This document shows, one piece after another, positions 41,715-54,591 of a stretch of DNA of 64,000 bases. The stretch lies in assembly GCF_009834535.1 (NCBI RefSeq), contig NC_045696.1, positions 106,208,001 to 106,272,000 of the forward strand, given 5' to 3'. The notes under the pieces were generated by a model that had not been told where the DNA came from, ran no database searches, and saw only the letters and a list, made by a program, of their open reading frames with translations. The first letter of the stretch is position 1. Every line of letters begins with the position of its first letter. A program made the position numbers and the translations under genes. This DNA comes from Camelus ferus (taxonomy: Eukaryota).

Positions 41715-41856
41715 TTTTGGTTTGTTTTTTTTGAGGGGGAGGTAATTAGATTTCTTTATTTAATTAATTATTTTTAAAATGGAAGTACTGGGGATTGAAC
41801 TCAGGACTTTGTGCATGCAAAGCACGTGCTCTACCACTGAGCTATACCCTCCCCCC
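41715..41856 (-). mobile_element. tRNA-derived SINE with TSD, inside the MaLR LTR
   Basis: ggggattgaactcaggac ... ctgagctataccctcccc; TSD ttcaacata(c/t)gaatt at ~41700 and ~41857. Confidence 0.88.
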
Positions 41857-42501
41857 TTCAACATATGAATTCTGAGGGGACACAAGCATTCAGCCCATAA
41901 CACTATACAACAATAATAATCAAGTCAGAGAAGTGCTTGCATAAGGATAGACAAATAGACCAGTGGAACAGACTAGAGAGTGCTGACAAACTCACACATA
42001 TGACCAGCTGATATTTGACAAAGGTGCCAAAGCAAGCCAATGGAGTAAAGGAAAATCTTTTCAACAATTGGTGCTCGTACCACCAGAAGTCCATATGGAG
42101 AAAGAGAAAAAAAAAAGCACCTTGGCTTCTACCTCACATCCCACACAAAAACTGATTTGAAACATTGGTACAATTGTACCATGGAATATGCAGCAATTAA
42201 AAAGAACAAAATACTGATACATGTAACAACTTAGATGGATCTCCAGGGAATTATGCTGAGTAACAAAAAGCTAATCCCCAAAGGTTACATACTGTGTGAT
42301 ACGATTTATAGATCATTTTTTCAAATGACAAAATTTTAGGAGGGTGGAATAGTGGTTGCCAGAGGTTGGGGACTGGGGAGAGAGATTCACAGAAGGGACG
42401 TGGGTTTGACTATAAAGGACAACACGAAGGATCCTGTGTTCAGAGTCTTGACTGTGGTGGTGGATACAGGAACCAAGATAGGGTGAAATTTTGTAGAACC
42501 T

Positions 42502-42504
<3 letters not shown>

Positions 42505-42537
<33 letters not shown>
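42505..42537. repeat. (AC)n microsatellite
   Basis: Direct reading. Confidence 0.95.
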
Positions 42538-42541
<4 letters not shown>

Positions 42542-44419
42542 AGTACAACTAAAACCAGAGAAACCTGACTAAGACAGGTGGATTGTATCAATGTCACTAT
42601 TCTGGCTGTGATATTAGACTATGGTTTTGCAAAATGTTGCCATTGAGGGAAACTGGGCCAAGTGTACAAAGGATTTCTCTGTGTTATTCTTACAGCTGTA
42701 TATATTTCCAGTTATCTCAATTAAAATGTCACTGAAAAAGTGAATTTGAGATGGATCATAGGCTTAAATGTAAATTTTAAGTAAGTTCTTTTATTGTAAG
42801 TTTAAAATAATTTCTAATATTATAATTTTTAATAATTCCTGCAAGAAAATAAAGGGAATGTTTCCACGACCTGGAGGTAGGTAAAAACTCCTTAGGAAAA
42901 GATCTCTCAGGGAAAAAAAAACCCATAAAGAGAATTTAAAAACTTTAGATAAATTAAGTCTCATCAAAATTTTTAAAATCTCTGGTCATGAAATCCACCG
43001 TGTAACATCAAGCTGGCCACGAGAGGGCAGAGAGTGGAGGATTCCACATCTGACACTTCACCACTTAGGCTCCAAAGTAACACCATGGACACTCTGACTG
43101 AGGAAAACTAATCAAATGGCTCCCTCTGGCGGCCAGGGGTGGAGTGGACATCATGATCCTTGACTGGGAAGCCGCCTCCAGGCAACCATCCTACACTAAG
43201 AACATGATACTTTAACACCACCACCAATAACAGCTTTGCTGTCAAGAAACTTTAAAAGACATGATATCTCTTCCCAGCATCCCTGAACGGAAGATATTAT
43301 ACTTCTCATTTTAAAGACGAGGAAATCAAGGATGAGGAAGTTGAAGGCTCACACAGGTAGTAGGTGGTTGGTCCAGGACCCAGCCCAAGCCTGTCAGACT
43401 CGAAAGCTCCCAGTTCTGCTGCTCCCAGCTGCTTTCCTCAGGGCAAGGTACAGTGGGGACGTGCTGTTACTTCTGGAAAAAGACAATGTAATACCTGGAA
43501 GCAGAGAGAATTGTCAGCCTAGACAAAGATATATGTAACACACTCATCTAACATGAAAGACTAGAAGTTGTCTGGGGAAACAATCTGCTTTGGTTTCTGA
43601 TTTGCTCTTAAAGCGAGTTGGTTCATTCTTGTTTTACAAAGTCTGAAGTGTTTTAATAGAGAAAATGTTCCTGATGTTCAGTTTGGATCCCAAAAGGGTT
43701 TCTCTCAAGTAAACCACCACCTTGTGGCAATGAACATGACTTGCAGGAGAAAAGGTGTTTTGTTTTGTTTTTTTACTTCCAGTCCTTCAGACTCTAACAC
43801 ACAGCAGTAACCCTTAAAGTTAGAACTTTTTGTGTTAAACAAAGCAAAACAAACAAACCAAAAAAGTACCTCCCTTAGGGCAGGCTTAATGAAAACAGGT
43901 ATCTTTGAAGAAAACAATTAAATCACTGACCCATGTCATAAAATAAGTGAAAGATGGAAATTTCGTTAAATCAAGATATAAAAAGTTGGGGCAATTCATT
44001 TGAGGGAAAATTGAGAAGGTTCCATATTGTCCAAATCACACACTTTTGAAAGTAAAGAGTTTCTATTAATAATTACAGGGTACAATAGGTGTAAGGTTAA
44101 GGTGTCAAGAAAGTCATGTGTCCCCTAAATTTGTTTCTGTGGTTTAGCCTGGCAAAGTTGTGACTGCATTTTATAGGAGAGACCACATGGTCAGAACTCT
44201 GACCCTTTCAGAGTGAATAAAAAGTCTTTTCTGTTTCAGTGTGCTGGCAGGAGTTTAGTATCTGATTTGGATTCGATTTGGAGGGACTAAATTCTAAGGG
44301 AGATTAGGGAGATTTCAAATGATTCAAGAGCTTGAGTAACCACCTCCCTAAGGCAAAAAAAAAAAAAAAAAAAATCCCTTGCATCTAGTAGACCCAGTTT
44401 GCAATGCTGTGTCTTACAG

Positions 44420-46400
44420 GTACCATTGTATGGATGTAACACAGTTTGATTGTTCATTCCCCTATGGAAGGACATTCTGGTTGCTTCCAATTTTTGGTGA
44501 TTATGAATAAAGCTGCTATAAACACTTACATGCAGATTTTTGTATATACATAAATTTTCAAATCAGTTAGGTAAATATATAGGAGCACAATTGCTGTATC
44601 ATATGCTAAGACTATGTTAGGCTTTGTAAGAAACTGCCAAACTGTCTTCTGAAGTGGCTATACCATTTTGCAAGCCCCTCAGCAATGAATGAGAGTCCCT
44701 GTTGTTCTGTATTTTCACTGGCATTTAACACTGTCAGGTTTTAAAAAAATTTTTAGCCATTCTAAAAGGTGTGTAGAATAATCTCAATATTGTTTTAATT
44801 TATAATTCCCCACTGACAAATGAGGTTGAGCATATTTTTTCATCTGTGTACTTTCCATCTGTATGTCTTCTTTGGTGAGGGATCTGTTCAGATCTTTTGC
44901 CCATTTTTAAATTGGGTTGTTTTCTTATTGTTGAGCTTTGTATATTTTGGATAAAAGTCCTTTATCAGATATGTGCTTTGCAAATATTTTCTCCCTTGTC
45001 TTTCCATTCTCTTAACAGCCTTTCAAAATTTTTTCTTCCAGGGATCATTCTTTTGCTGTTGTGTCTAAAAAGTCATTGCCAAACCCAGGATCACCTAGGT
45101 TTTCTCCTATGTTTTCTTCTAGAAGTTTTATAGTTTTCCAGATTACATTTATGTCTATGATCCATTTTGAGTTAATTTTTGTGAAAGGGGCAAGGTCTGT
45201 GTCCAGATTTATTTATATTTTGCAAATGGACGTCCAATTATTCCAGCACCATTTTTTGAAAAGACGATTCTTTCCACATTGACTTTCCTTTGCCAGTTTG
45301 TCAAAGATCAGTTGACTACATTGTATAGGTCTATTTTTACACTTTTTATTCTGTTCCATTGATCCATGTGTTTATTCTTTCACTAAAATGCTGTCTTGCT
45401 TATTGTAGCTTTACGGTAAGTCTTGAAGTCAATAGTGTCAGTTCTCCAACTTTGTCATTCTTCTGCACTGTGTTGACTATTCTGGGTCTCTTGCCTTTTC
45501 ATATAATCTCTGGAATCAGTTTGTTGATATCCACAAAATAGCTTGCTGGGATTTTGATTGGAATTGTGTTTAATCTATAGATCACACTGGGAAGAATTAA
45601 CACCTTAACAATATTGATCCTTCCTGACCTCAAACATGGAGTATCTTTCCATTTATTTAATTTATTTTCTATTTCCTCCAACAGCTATTATTAATTTCTA
45701 GTTTAATTCCATTGTGGTCTGAGAACATACTCTGTGTGATTTCTATTCTTTCAAATTTGTTAGGGCACGTTTTATGACCTGGAATGTGGAACACTGATGA
45801 ATGTTCCATGTGAACTTGAGAAGAATCTGTATTCCACTATTGTTAGATGAAGTATTGTATAAGTGTCAGAGCAGGTTAATTAATGTTGTTGCTCAGTTCA
45901 ACTTTATCCTTGCTCATTATCTGCCTGTTGGTGCTACTCACTCCTAAAGATGTAGTGTTGAAGTCTTCAGTTATAAAGTATGTTTATCTATTTTCTTGTC
46001 TTTTTTTTTTTTTTCTTTTTTTTTTGCAGTTCTATCGGTTTTTCCCTCAGGTACTTTGCTGCTCTGTTGTTAGGTGCATACATGGTAAATATTGTTATGT
46101 CTTCCTGGAAAATTGACCCCTTTATCATTATGTAATGCCTTCTCTTTATTCCTGATAATTTCCTTGTTCTGAAATCTGCTTTGCCTGAAATTAATACAGC
46201 TACTCCAGCTTTCTTTGGATTAGTGTTAGCATGGCATAGCTTTCTCCACCCTTTACTTAACTTTTAACTGTGTCTTCTTTTTTTAACTTTTAAATCTGTG
46301 TCTTTATATTTAAAGTGGGTTTCTTGTAGACAACATGCAGTCGGGCCTTTTTTATTTTAACCACTGACAATTTCTGTCTTTTAATTGGTGTTGATCATTC
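44420..46400 (-). mobile_element. Old L1 ORF2 fragments
   Basis: T-rich plus strand; minus-strand remnants such as LNKWKDTPCLRSGRINIVKVLILPSVIYRLNTIPIKIP. Confidence 0.85.
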
Positions 46401-46599
46401 ACACTATATTTGTAACTATTTTCCATTTGCTTCATTTGATTTTCATACCTAATTTTGAAATTGCAATTTTGTATTCTTCGTCTTAAAGGGAATCTCTTCA
46501 GATCCCTCAAAACCTGGAGCCCCCTCTGCCCGGCATGTATTAAGTAACAATAGAAAAGCTGCATGCCAGCCCTGGTGGGGCAGAAGGGACACAGGGATT

Positions 46600-47285
46600 C
46601 GAGGACGCAACTGCACAGTACATGGATGCACCGGGTCTTCGCTCGGTGGGTCCAAATGTCCCAGACAAGGACAAACACTTCAGCCAATGAAAGCGTTCCT
46701 GCAGTCCAGTTCTGACAGCAAGGGGCGGGACGTCTTCCTGCGTTTCCGCTGGGCCCAGAGTGGGCGTGCTTATGTGCACTTTTGTTTATTACCTGGTAGC
46801 GCTGTGTTGCCATGACGACCGTAGCTGGGTCTCAGCTGACTCGGTTGGAAACTCTTGCTGCACGTTGAGGACCGTGTACCTGTCTGCAGAGGCTCCGTTT
46901 CCCAGGAATAAATCGGAACAGTAGGGGTAGCAGGGTTCTGTGGTCTTTTCCTGCCCGAATTCCTCGACTGGCCCTCCCATGCTTGATGGGCTGCACGGCT
47001 GGAGCCCCAACTCGGGCCTGTGCGCGCGCCCCTTGGCCGGCTCCGGGGAGTGGAAGGGGCTCCGCAAATCCGCCAAAACCCCTGAGCCCGCGGGCTGCAA
47101 GCTCCGCTTCCCCCATGGGGTGTTCATTTTGCATCATTGCGTTTATTTGCTGTCACTTAGAATTCACTTAAAGGCGCGGGAGCTTTGTCCGAAAAAGGCT
47201 CTTCTTGGCTTGCTGATCAGCGTAACGTTTTGTTGGGAGGCTGCGGCCAGAGCCCGCAGTAACAGAGCTTCTGTCTTCTTTGCAG
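46600..47285 (+). promoter_or_regulatory. NME9: CpG-rich NME9 promoter / 5' region
   Basis: CpG-enriched stretch just upstream of the NME9 ATG. Contains AGCCAATGA (46682-46690), GC box GGGGCGGGA (46722-46730), TTTGTTTA (46781-46788) and X-box-like GTTGCCATGACGAC (46806-46819). Confidence 0.75.
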
Positions 47286-47289
47286 AGCC

Positions 47290-47322
47290 ATGGGCAGCAA
47301 GAAGAAGGAAATTGCCCTGCAG
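47290..47322 (+). CDS. NME9: NME9 coding exon 1 (MGSKKKEIALQ)
   Basis: gccATGG Kozak context, NME8/NME9-type N-terminus, donor CAG|gtaagc. An acceptor-like tttgcag ends at 47285. Confidence 0.93.
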
Positions 47323-49658
47323 GTAAGCCTCAAAGGGGAGCTTGCTTCCAGCACTTGATTGGAGTTGGAGGTCAAGGAGGATGGTGTGGAGCAGAAAGTG
47401 CGGTATAAAAACAATCTTTTGTTTGCCAGCAGTAGGTGATAGTGTTCTCGAACTTGAACATTGCACCGTTCCACCTTAAATGAAAAAAAAATCTTATCTC
47501 GGACCTCCAGTGATGACAAATTTTTTGTGCACTTAAACATAAACAGAGAATCTTGGGTATAAGCTGTTCATGCTTCTAGTTTATGCAACCATAAAGCCCA
47601 AACAGGAATTAAAAGAAAACTAAAAAACCAAGAAAATATGAATCAGTATAATTCAATGTGACTTTTTTTGTTGAAATATGATTACAACTGGCTGAAAGAA
47701 GACGGTATCGGTTCTTTTGAGTTTGGGCATGTGTCCGTAACCAAGCAACTCTCTGGAGACCCAGTTCTCCCACCCTGGCTCTCTTCAATCATTCACTTAT
47801 TCAGGAAATGTGTTTTGATATTTTATGCACTACACTCTCATTAAAGAGTACCTTACTTCATTTGCACCTGTGACAGGTGACTCCATAAGCCAGCGTCTGC
47901 TCTTTTTTTCCTGGTCTTAGACAGTAAGTAGTGGTTGACTTGAAAGTGATGGTGAAAACATGCAGGCATGGGCCCTGGAACTGGGAGGGAGGGCTTTATC
48001 ATAAGAGCATCCGGATGATGTGTAATATGGGTACATTTTAAGCAAACTTTAAAATGTCTCATAGTCAATTCAGCCCATCAGGATATGTGTTCAGGCTACA
48101 GGCACCTCTTGGGGAGTAAAGTGGCAGTCATCTTGAGGCATCTGATTTCTCCTTTTTTTGTTCTCTGTGGCACCAGCACTTTTCATGTGAATTTCACATG
48201 CCCGGGGCTGGGGTTGGTGGGGAAGGGAAGCTTCGGGCTTTGGACTGGAAGCCCAAAGACCTGATGCAGCTCTTTCCTGACTCTTAGCCAAATCTGGGAC
48301 TTTGGATAAATTACATAACCTCTCTGGGCTGTAGCTTGCCCATCTGCAGAATGAGGATGTTGGGCGAATTCTCGCTAAGAGCCTTCCAGCATTGATGTTC
48401 TAGTATGCTAGAGATATGGAAGTTTTCCTGCGTCTATATTCTGTCCATAAATCAATTGTGGGACCCTGGTCCTACCACTTGCTGCTGGGTGAACGATTTC
48501 CTCAACCTCCTTGAGCCTACATGTCCTCTGTGTGAACAGAAGGGATAATACGTAGCCAGCAGGGTTGTTGTGATGACACGCCTTTAGACATTTCCAGGCT
48601 GGTCTGAATGCTGTCCGTGGTGGCGCTAAAATTTTTGCCCCATATGGTTATCTTTTCATGTGTCTATGCCTTATATCCCCTTTGAGAGTAGCTACGTTTT
48701 TCACCATTTTTTTTCATGCATATTCCCCAGAGCTCTGAGTTCAATGTGGTACTCACAGTAAGTGCTCCCATTTGCTGAGGGAGGAGGGAGAGTGGCTGTG
48801 CACTGAGGCATCTATGTAAGCATTACCTCTCTACCAGGTCAACTCCGTGAAGGAGTGCTCTAGGGTTTGCCAGCTCAGGAGCCCTGTCTTCTCTCTGGCT
48901 AAGAATATTCAGGGTTTCTTCTGTGACTCAGCCAGAAATTACAGGACATCAGGAGACAGTATGATTAAAAGGTACCACACGCTCCCCACTCATTCCCTAC
49001 CTCACGTAGGGCTTATTGAAGTCCAGATATTTCCACACCTCTCTGCTCCGGCGCTGCTCCTCACAGTGAGATTCTTCAACTGTCCAAATGGCCCTGGCCC
49101 CACTACTGGTGTGGCTCAGCCCATGACGGGGGTTGCACCACAGAGAGTTGCCACTGACTGAGAGGGTGGGTGGAGGTGAGGGCTCTTCTGAACCCTGTCA
49201 TGTTGCTCAGAACTTTAGTTGTGGGCTCAGGATGATATAAGTCCAACTCTCTTGTCTCAGGTAAGGCATTGAGAAGACTTCTCTGTTTCTTCTTATTTTT
49301 TTTCATAGAAACTAAAAAGCATGGAAGCATGGCTTCTTTAGAAAGATGGATCTTTCCATAGAGGATTTGCTGATGTTACATGTTTCCAGCCCCTTTAAAA
49401 GGACAAAGACCTTAGCATACCTGTATTAAGAATGAGTGGTCATTGTCATGGTCTTTTAATTTATATATTTTCAAAGCAGCTCTCCACAAAACTTACTAAT
49501 TACAAAGGGAAAGAAGGTAATTTCACCTTGCAGAAGCTTGACAGACCATGTGGATCAAGCTATCAAAGTGAACATCATCAGTAATAGGGCAGATCAACAC
49601 TGTGTGTCACCTGACAGGATGCAATGAGAAAACACACTTCTACCTCTCTGACACTCCA

Positions 49659-49787
49659 CCAATCCAACCAGTTCCAACTAATCCAGCCAGTTCCATCCAA
49701 TCCAACCAATTCCAACCAATCCAACCAGTTCCAACCAATCCAACCATTCTAACTAATCCCAATGAGTTCCAACCAATCCAACTAATT
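49659..49787. repeat. Minisatellite, ~19-bp unit (ccaatccaaccagttccaa) x ~6.5
   Basis: Direct reading. Confidence 0.88.
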
Positions 49788-51480
49788 GCTGAGAAAAATT
49801 AAGGAAGATTTAATCATAAATGTTAAGAAACACTATGCTCATGGACTGAAAGACTCATTCTTATTAAGATTTCAGTTTTTTCCCCAAATTGGTTAAATAA
49901 GTCAATGCATCCCAATTAAAATCATTGCAGAAATTGACAAGCTGGTTCTAAAATGTATATGGAAATGCAAAGGACCTAGAATAGCCAAAACAATCTTGAA
50001 AAAGAAGAACAGATATGGAAGCCTCACCCTGGCTGATTCTAAGACTTATTATAAAGTTACAGTAATCAAAATAGTACGGTGCCAGCAAAAAACAGGTAAG
50101 TGGGTAAATGAAACAGAATAGAGTCTAAAATAAACCCACACTTATGCAACTAACTGGTTTTCAACAAAAGTGCCAAAGCAATTTAATAATGAAATAAATT
50201 TTTTCAACAAATTTTGCAGAAACAGCTATGCCTCTACATGGGAAAAAAGTTAACCATAACCCTTTCCTCACAATATAGACAAAAATTAATTTCAAATGGC
50301 TCACAGACTTAAATGTGACAGCTTAAGTTATAAAGCTTCTAGAAGAAAATAGGAGAGCATTTTTGTGACTTTGAGGAAAGGTTTCCTAAGAAGACAAAGT
50401 AGCCTTAACCACAAAGCTAAAATTTGATAAATTAGACTTCATCAATATTAAACACTTCTGCTCAACAAAAGACACTGTTAAGGAAATGAATAGGCAAACC
50501 ACAGACTCAGAAAATATTTATAATACATGTATCTGATAAAGAACATGGGCCCAAATATATATAGTATATAAATATATATAAATATTATAATATATATAAT
50601 ATAAATATTATATAATATAAATATTATATATATATAATAAAAAGGCCAACAATCCAATATAAGAAAATGGACAGATCAATGGACACTTCTCAAGGAATGT
50701 ATACAAATGGTTGATAAGCACATTAAATAGTGCTCAACACCATTAGTCATCTGGAAAATGAAATTAAAGCCACAATGAGATACCACTATATCACCATTAG
50801 TGTGGCTAAAATTTAAAAGACTGAAAACACCAAATTTTAGTGAGAATGTGGAGCAACCAGAACTCCTATACTCTACTGGTAGAAGTTTAAATTGTTTCAA
50901 CCACTTTAGGAAAAGCAGTGGCAGTCTCTTATTAAACTGAACATACATTTACCCCACGTCCCAGCAATTTAACTCCTAGGTATTTACTTACTGAAAAAAA
51001 AAACAAAAAACCCATGAACAAAAAAAGATTTAATAAGAATATTCATGTCTTTATTCATAACAACCCCAAACTATCAAGCCAGTTATGATACTATCACACA
51101 ATGGAACATGGTCAGGAATAAAAGTTAGCAAACCACTGACAGACAGCTACACAGATGGACCTCCCAAATATGCTGAGCGAAAGAGGCCAGCACAAAATAA
51201 GACACACTGTATTATTTCATTTATATGAAGTTTTAGAACAGGCAAAATGAATCTATCATGACAGAAAGCAGATGAGTGTTTACCTGGGGTGGGGAGTGGG
51301 GAGTGACTGGGAGGAGGCAGGAGGGGACCTGCTGGGCTGATACAATGTTCTGTATTGTGATGGGGGTGTGGTTATCTGGCTGAATGCATTTGTCAAAACT
51401 CATTGATTTGTAATAGTTTAACTCTGTGTATCTCACTGTATAGAATTTATAGCTCGTACAATGTATAAAAAGACAAAAAA
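49788..51480 (+). mobile_element. Old L1 ORF2/3' fragment with an internal AT-rich expansion (50553-50640)
   Basis: atatggaaatgcaaaggacctagaatagccaaaacaatcttgaaaaagaagaac and other ORF2 segments. Confidence 0.85.
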
Positions 51481-51546
51481 GAAAAACTGAATGTGAACCT
51501 CTCTGTACATAAATACAGATAAATGTCAAAATTAAATGTTGAGTGA

Positions 51547-51672
51547 CGGGGAGGGTATAGCCCAGAGGTGGAGTGCATCCTCACATGCACGAGGTCTTGG
51601 GTTCAATCCCCAGTAGCTCCATTTAAAAAATAAACTTAATTACCTCCCCCACCAAAAAAAAAAACCAAACGG
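51547..51672 (+). mobile_element. tRNA-derived SINE with 14-bp TSD
   Basis: ggggagggtatagcccagaggtggagtgc ... gggttcaatccccag; TSD taaatgttgagtga at 51533-51546 and 51673-51686. Confidence 0.9.
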
Positions 51673-52035
51673 TAAATGTTGAGTGAAAGCGCAAGTTGCA
51701 AAACGTATGGTGCTATGTATGCACCTTTATGCACGTAGAGCAATTTTATATATTGTTTTTTTGAACAAGTACCACGTAAAAATTAATTTTTTTAAAAATG
51801 AGATTTTTCTTAGGATTGTGGTTACTCTTGGGGATGGAGGCAGGAAGAGAGAGAAGGAGAAAAGATTAAGGAAAGAGGACAGTGTGAGCCGTATTTGTAA
51901 CTATTTCATTGACAGAGAGAAAGAAGATAGATGATTGATAGCTAGATAGATGGATAGATAATCTGGAGCAAAAACCTAAAATTGTCTCCCACTGGCGCCC
52001 TCAGTAATACATTCTTTGTTCCTCTTTGATGTTAG

Positions 52036-52093
52036 GTCAACATCAGCACCCAGGAACTTTGGGATGAAATGCTCAGTTCCAAAGGACTAACCG
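52036..52093 (+). CDS. NME9: NME9 coding exon 2 (VNISTQELWDEMLSSKGLT+1 nt)
   Basis: ttag|GTC ... ACCG|gtaatt; 58 nt, phase 0 to 1, in frame with both neighbours. Confidence 0.93.
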
Positions 52094-52533
52094 GTAATTT
52101 AAGATAATTTTTAGACTCATCTTTTTCAAAACTGCTAAATGACATATTGAACTATGAAGAGAAAAGCTTCAAAGAGCATCATTTTCCTATAATCCTGAGT
52201 TTCATACATAAAGAACCAGGTAATTTCTTTGCGTATATCTATGCTTGAATATCTGACAGTTCAGTTCAGGAAACTAGTCAGTACTGTCAGATAACAGGGT
52301 TCCCTTGTTTTAGATCTGACTGTCATACTCAGGGGTTGTCTGGTATTAAGGAAAAGAAACCTCTTGTAATTACCTGAAGCATAAAAGGGGAATGTATTGA
52401 AAGGGATATGGGGTCTCTTGGAACTCACTGGCTGGAAGGAGAGCCAGGTAACCCAAGGGAGTGGAACCAGGAACTACAGTCATCAGGAAATGGCACAGCC
52501 ACTGTCACCGGGTCTCCTGGTCCCTATCCTCCT

Positions 52534-53040
52534 TGTATCAGTTATCTGTTGCTGAGCAACAGTTTACCCCAAAATTTAGTGGTTTATAACACCAAGGATA
52601 TATCCCCTGGTTTCTGTGGATCCAGGATCCAGGTGTTGCTTAGCTGGGTACCTTTGGCTCTGGGTCCCTTACCAGGCTGAAGCTAAGGAGTCAGACAGGG
52701 AATGTCAAGGCTCAAATTAGAGTTGAATTTACTTCCAAGCTCCCTCATGTGGCTTTGGCAGATCTTAGAAGGTCATTTCCAAGTTCTTTCCTGTGGCTAC
52801 TGACAGGACCTAGGTCCTCGCTGGCTGTTGACCAGAGACATCAATTTCCTACCATCAATTTCTCCCTAAGGCAACTCAAAATATGGTAACTTTCTTCTCC
52901 CAGAGCAGGTTTCAGGGAGGGAAGGAGAGAGAGAGAGGGAAAAAGAAAAGTCATAGCTTTTTTGTAACCTAATCTCAAAAGCGACATCCCACTGCTTTTG
53001 CCCTGTTCTGTTTGTTAGAAGCATTAGGTCCAGCCTGCAC
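52534..53040. mobile_element. MaLR (MLT1-like) LTR relic
   Basis: tgtatcagttatctgttgctg ... ccccaaaatttagtggttta ... ttttgccctgttctgtttgttagaagc. Confidence 0.65.
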
Positions 53041-54591
53041 TCACTTGCTTGACTGAACTAACCAACACTCCTGACTGCATGCATCTTCTCTGGAATAGTA
53101 GAAACAGCCCAGGCAATGGCACGAGATAAACCTCAGTCCAAAACTTGGTTCTACTGCTTCAGAAGTTAATTTTACCTCGGGTTGGTTATTTCCTTCCTCA
53201 TTTCTATGGTAGGATAATGATACCTATGTCTCTGGATTTTTTGAAAGAAAAAGGACAGATGCCCTCTTGTAGCTCAGTAAACATTAGCTCCCCCTCTTTT
53301 CTAGAACTTACTGTGAATCCTCATTGCCTAGTAAATCAGGATGGAACTCCTCAAATCCACGTTCCACACTCCTCAGTGGTCTCTGCCTCCACTTCCCAAA
53401 GCCCAGCGCCCGGCTGGCCTGGCTCAGCACGCGGCCCAGCAGCCCCTGAACCCCCTCCATGCCTCCCCCCACAGCCTCCCTCTCTGGGTCCAAGCCTGGC
53501 ACGTTCCACGGTGCCCAGTGCAAGTTTCCTCATCACTGGGGAGCTTCCTCCCCTGACTCCAGCAGCGCAGTGTGAATACAGTGCTGCCGAAGTCGATGCT
53601 GCTTTTAATAACGATAATTATACGTCATGTTTTATTCATCATTCTCCTATGATGGGAAAAACTTTAAATGGGAATCTTCGAAAAGTAAAATCACAAATTG
53701 CATGCTATTGAGATTGGCAGGGATGATAGTTAATAAGCAGTGTCTGCAGTCTCTCCCCGTGACCATGTGCTCCAGCAGCTGAACAGAAGCGCCCAGCTGT
53801 GTGGCAGGCATAAGCTCTGTGAGTGCTGAGGTCTTTAGGAAGACATCCTTCCTCTAAAATGTGACCACCGGTATGTCACAATCTAGCACTTGCTGCGTCT
53901 GACCAGGCAGGGTAGGTCCTACCTGTGTCCCGTGCATATGTGTTGGCTTTGCTTAGCTTCTTACAGACGCAGGTCTAGTGCAATCAGACAAAAGAGTCCC
54001 TCACACCTGGCACCACCCTATTCCAGAGACTGGGGCCAAAGCAGAAAAAGGCACCCCAGTTTCCACCTAGGTCTCTATCAGGTTCACTTTCCAGGAGAAC
54101 AATGTTGATTTGATAAAGCAAGGAAAGCTCTCCTTTACCCAAAGTAAGTGACTTTTAACTCATCGGGGAAAGATGAACGCTGTTTATGATCAAAGTAGCT
54201 AAGAGTTGATCGTATGCTGACAGGTCACCTCTTCCTTTTAGAAGAGATAGTTTCAGTCCAATTCAAATATTTACTGAGGGGCTCTCTGTGCTAGGCCTGA
54301 CCCTGAATGTAGCTGAAAATTCTTAAGGTAAAGGATCCACATTAAGGAAGTGATTTTCCACCATACTTACCTGGTTGTGTTTAGGATTCGGAACACCGAG
54401 ATCAGAAGACTGAGAGAAAGCTGTGTTTCCGTGCTCACTCATTCTCTGCTGGGATAATAAATCCCTTCAACCATTAAATGTCCCTGCAAACAGATGTGCA
54501 CCAGAAGGGTTAGAACGTGCAGGCGTCAGTCCTGCCCGACATGCTGGGCGCTGGTGCCCACTGAACGCCCCTGCCTCTGGGTTCCACACAG

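Larger units (their letters stand above)
38209..41902. mobile_element. MaLR (MLT1-like) LTR split by stacked L1 insertions and a SINE, itself inside an older plus-strand L1
   Basis: Left part tgtcttagctcagg...ggtggcttataaacaatagaaatttatt (38209-38417); right part 41560-41902 ends cattcagcccataaca. L1 ORF2-like sequence flanks both sides. Confidence 0.75.

Noticed and set aside
49659..49787. Repeat array considered as CRISPR-like or coding (PIQPVPTN)
   Set aside because: No unique spacers, the unit length is not a multiple of three, and the context is a mammalian intron.
50553..50640. AT-only quasi-palindromic stretch
   Set aside because: Ordinary (TA)n-type low-complexity expansion inside an old L1.
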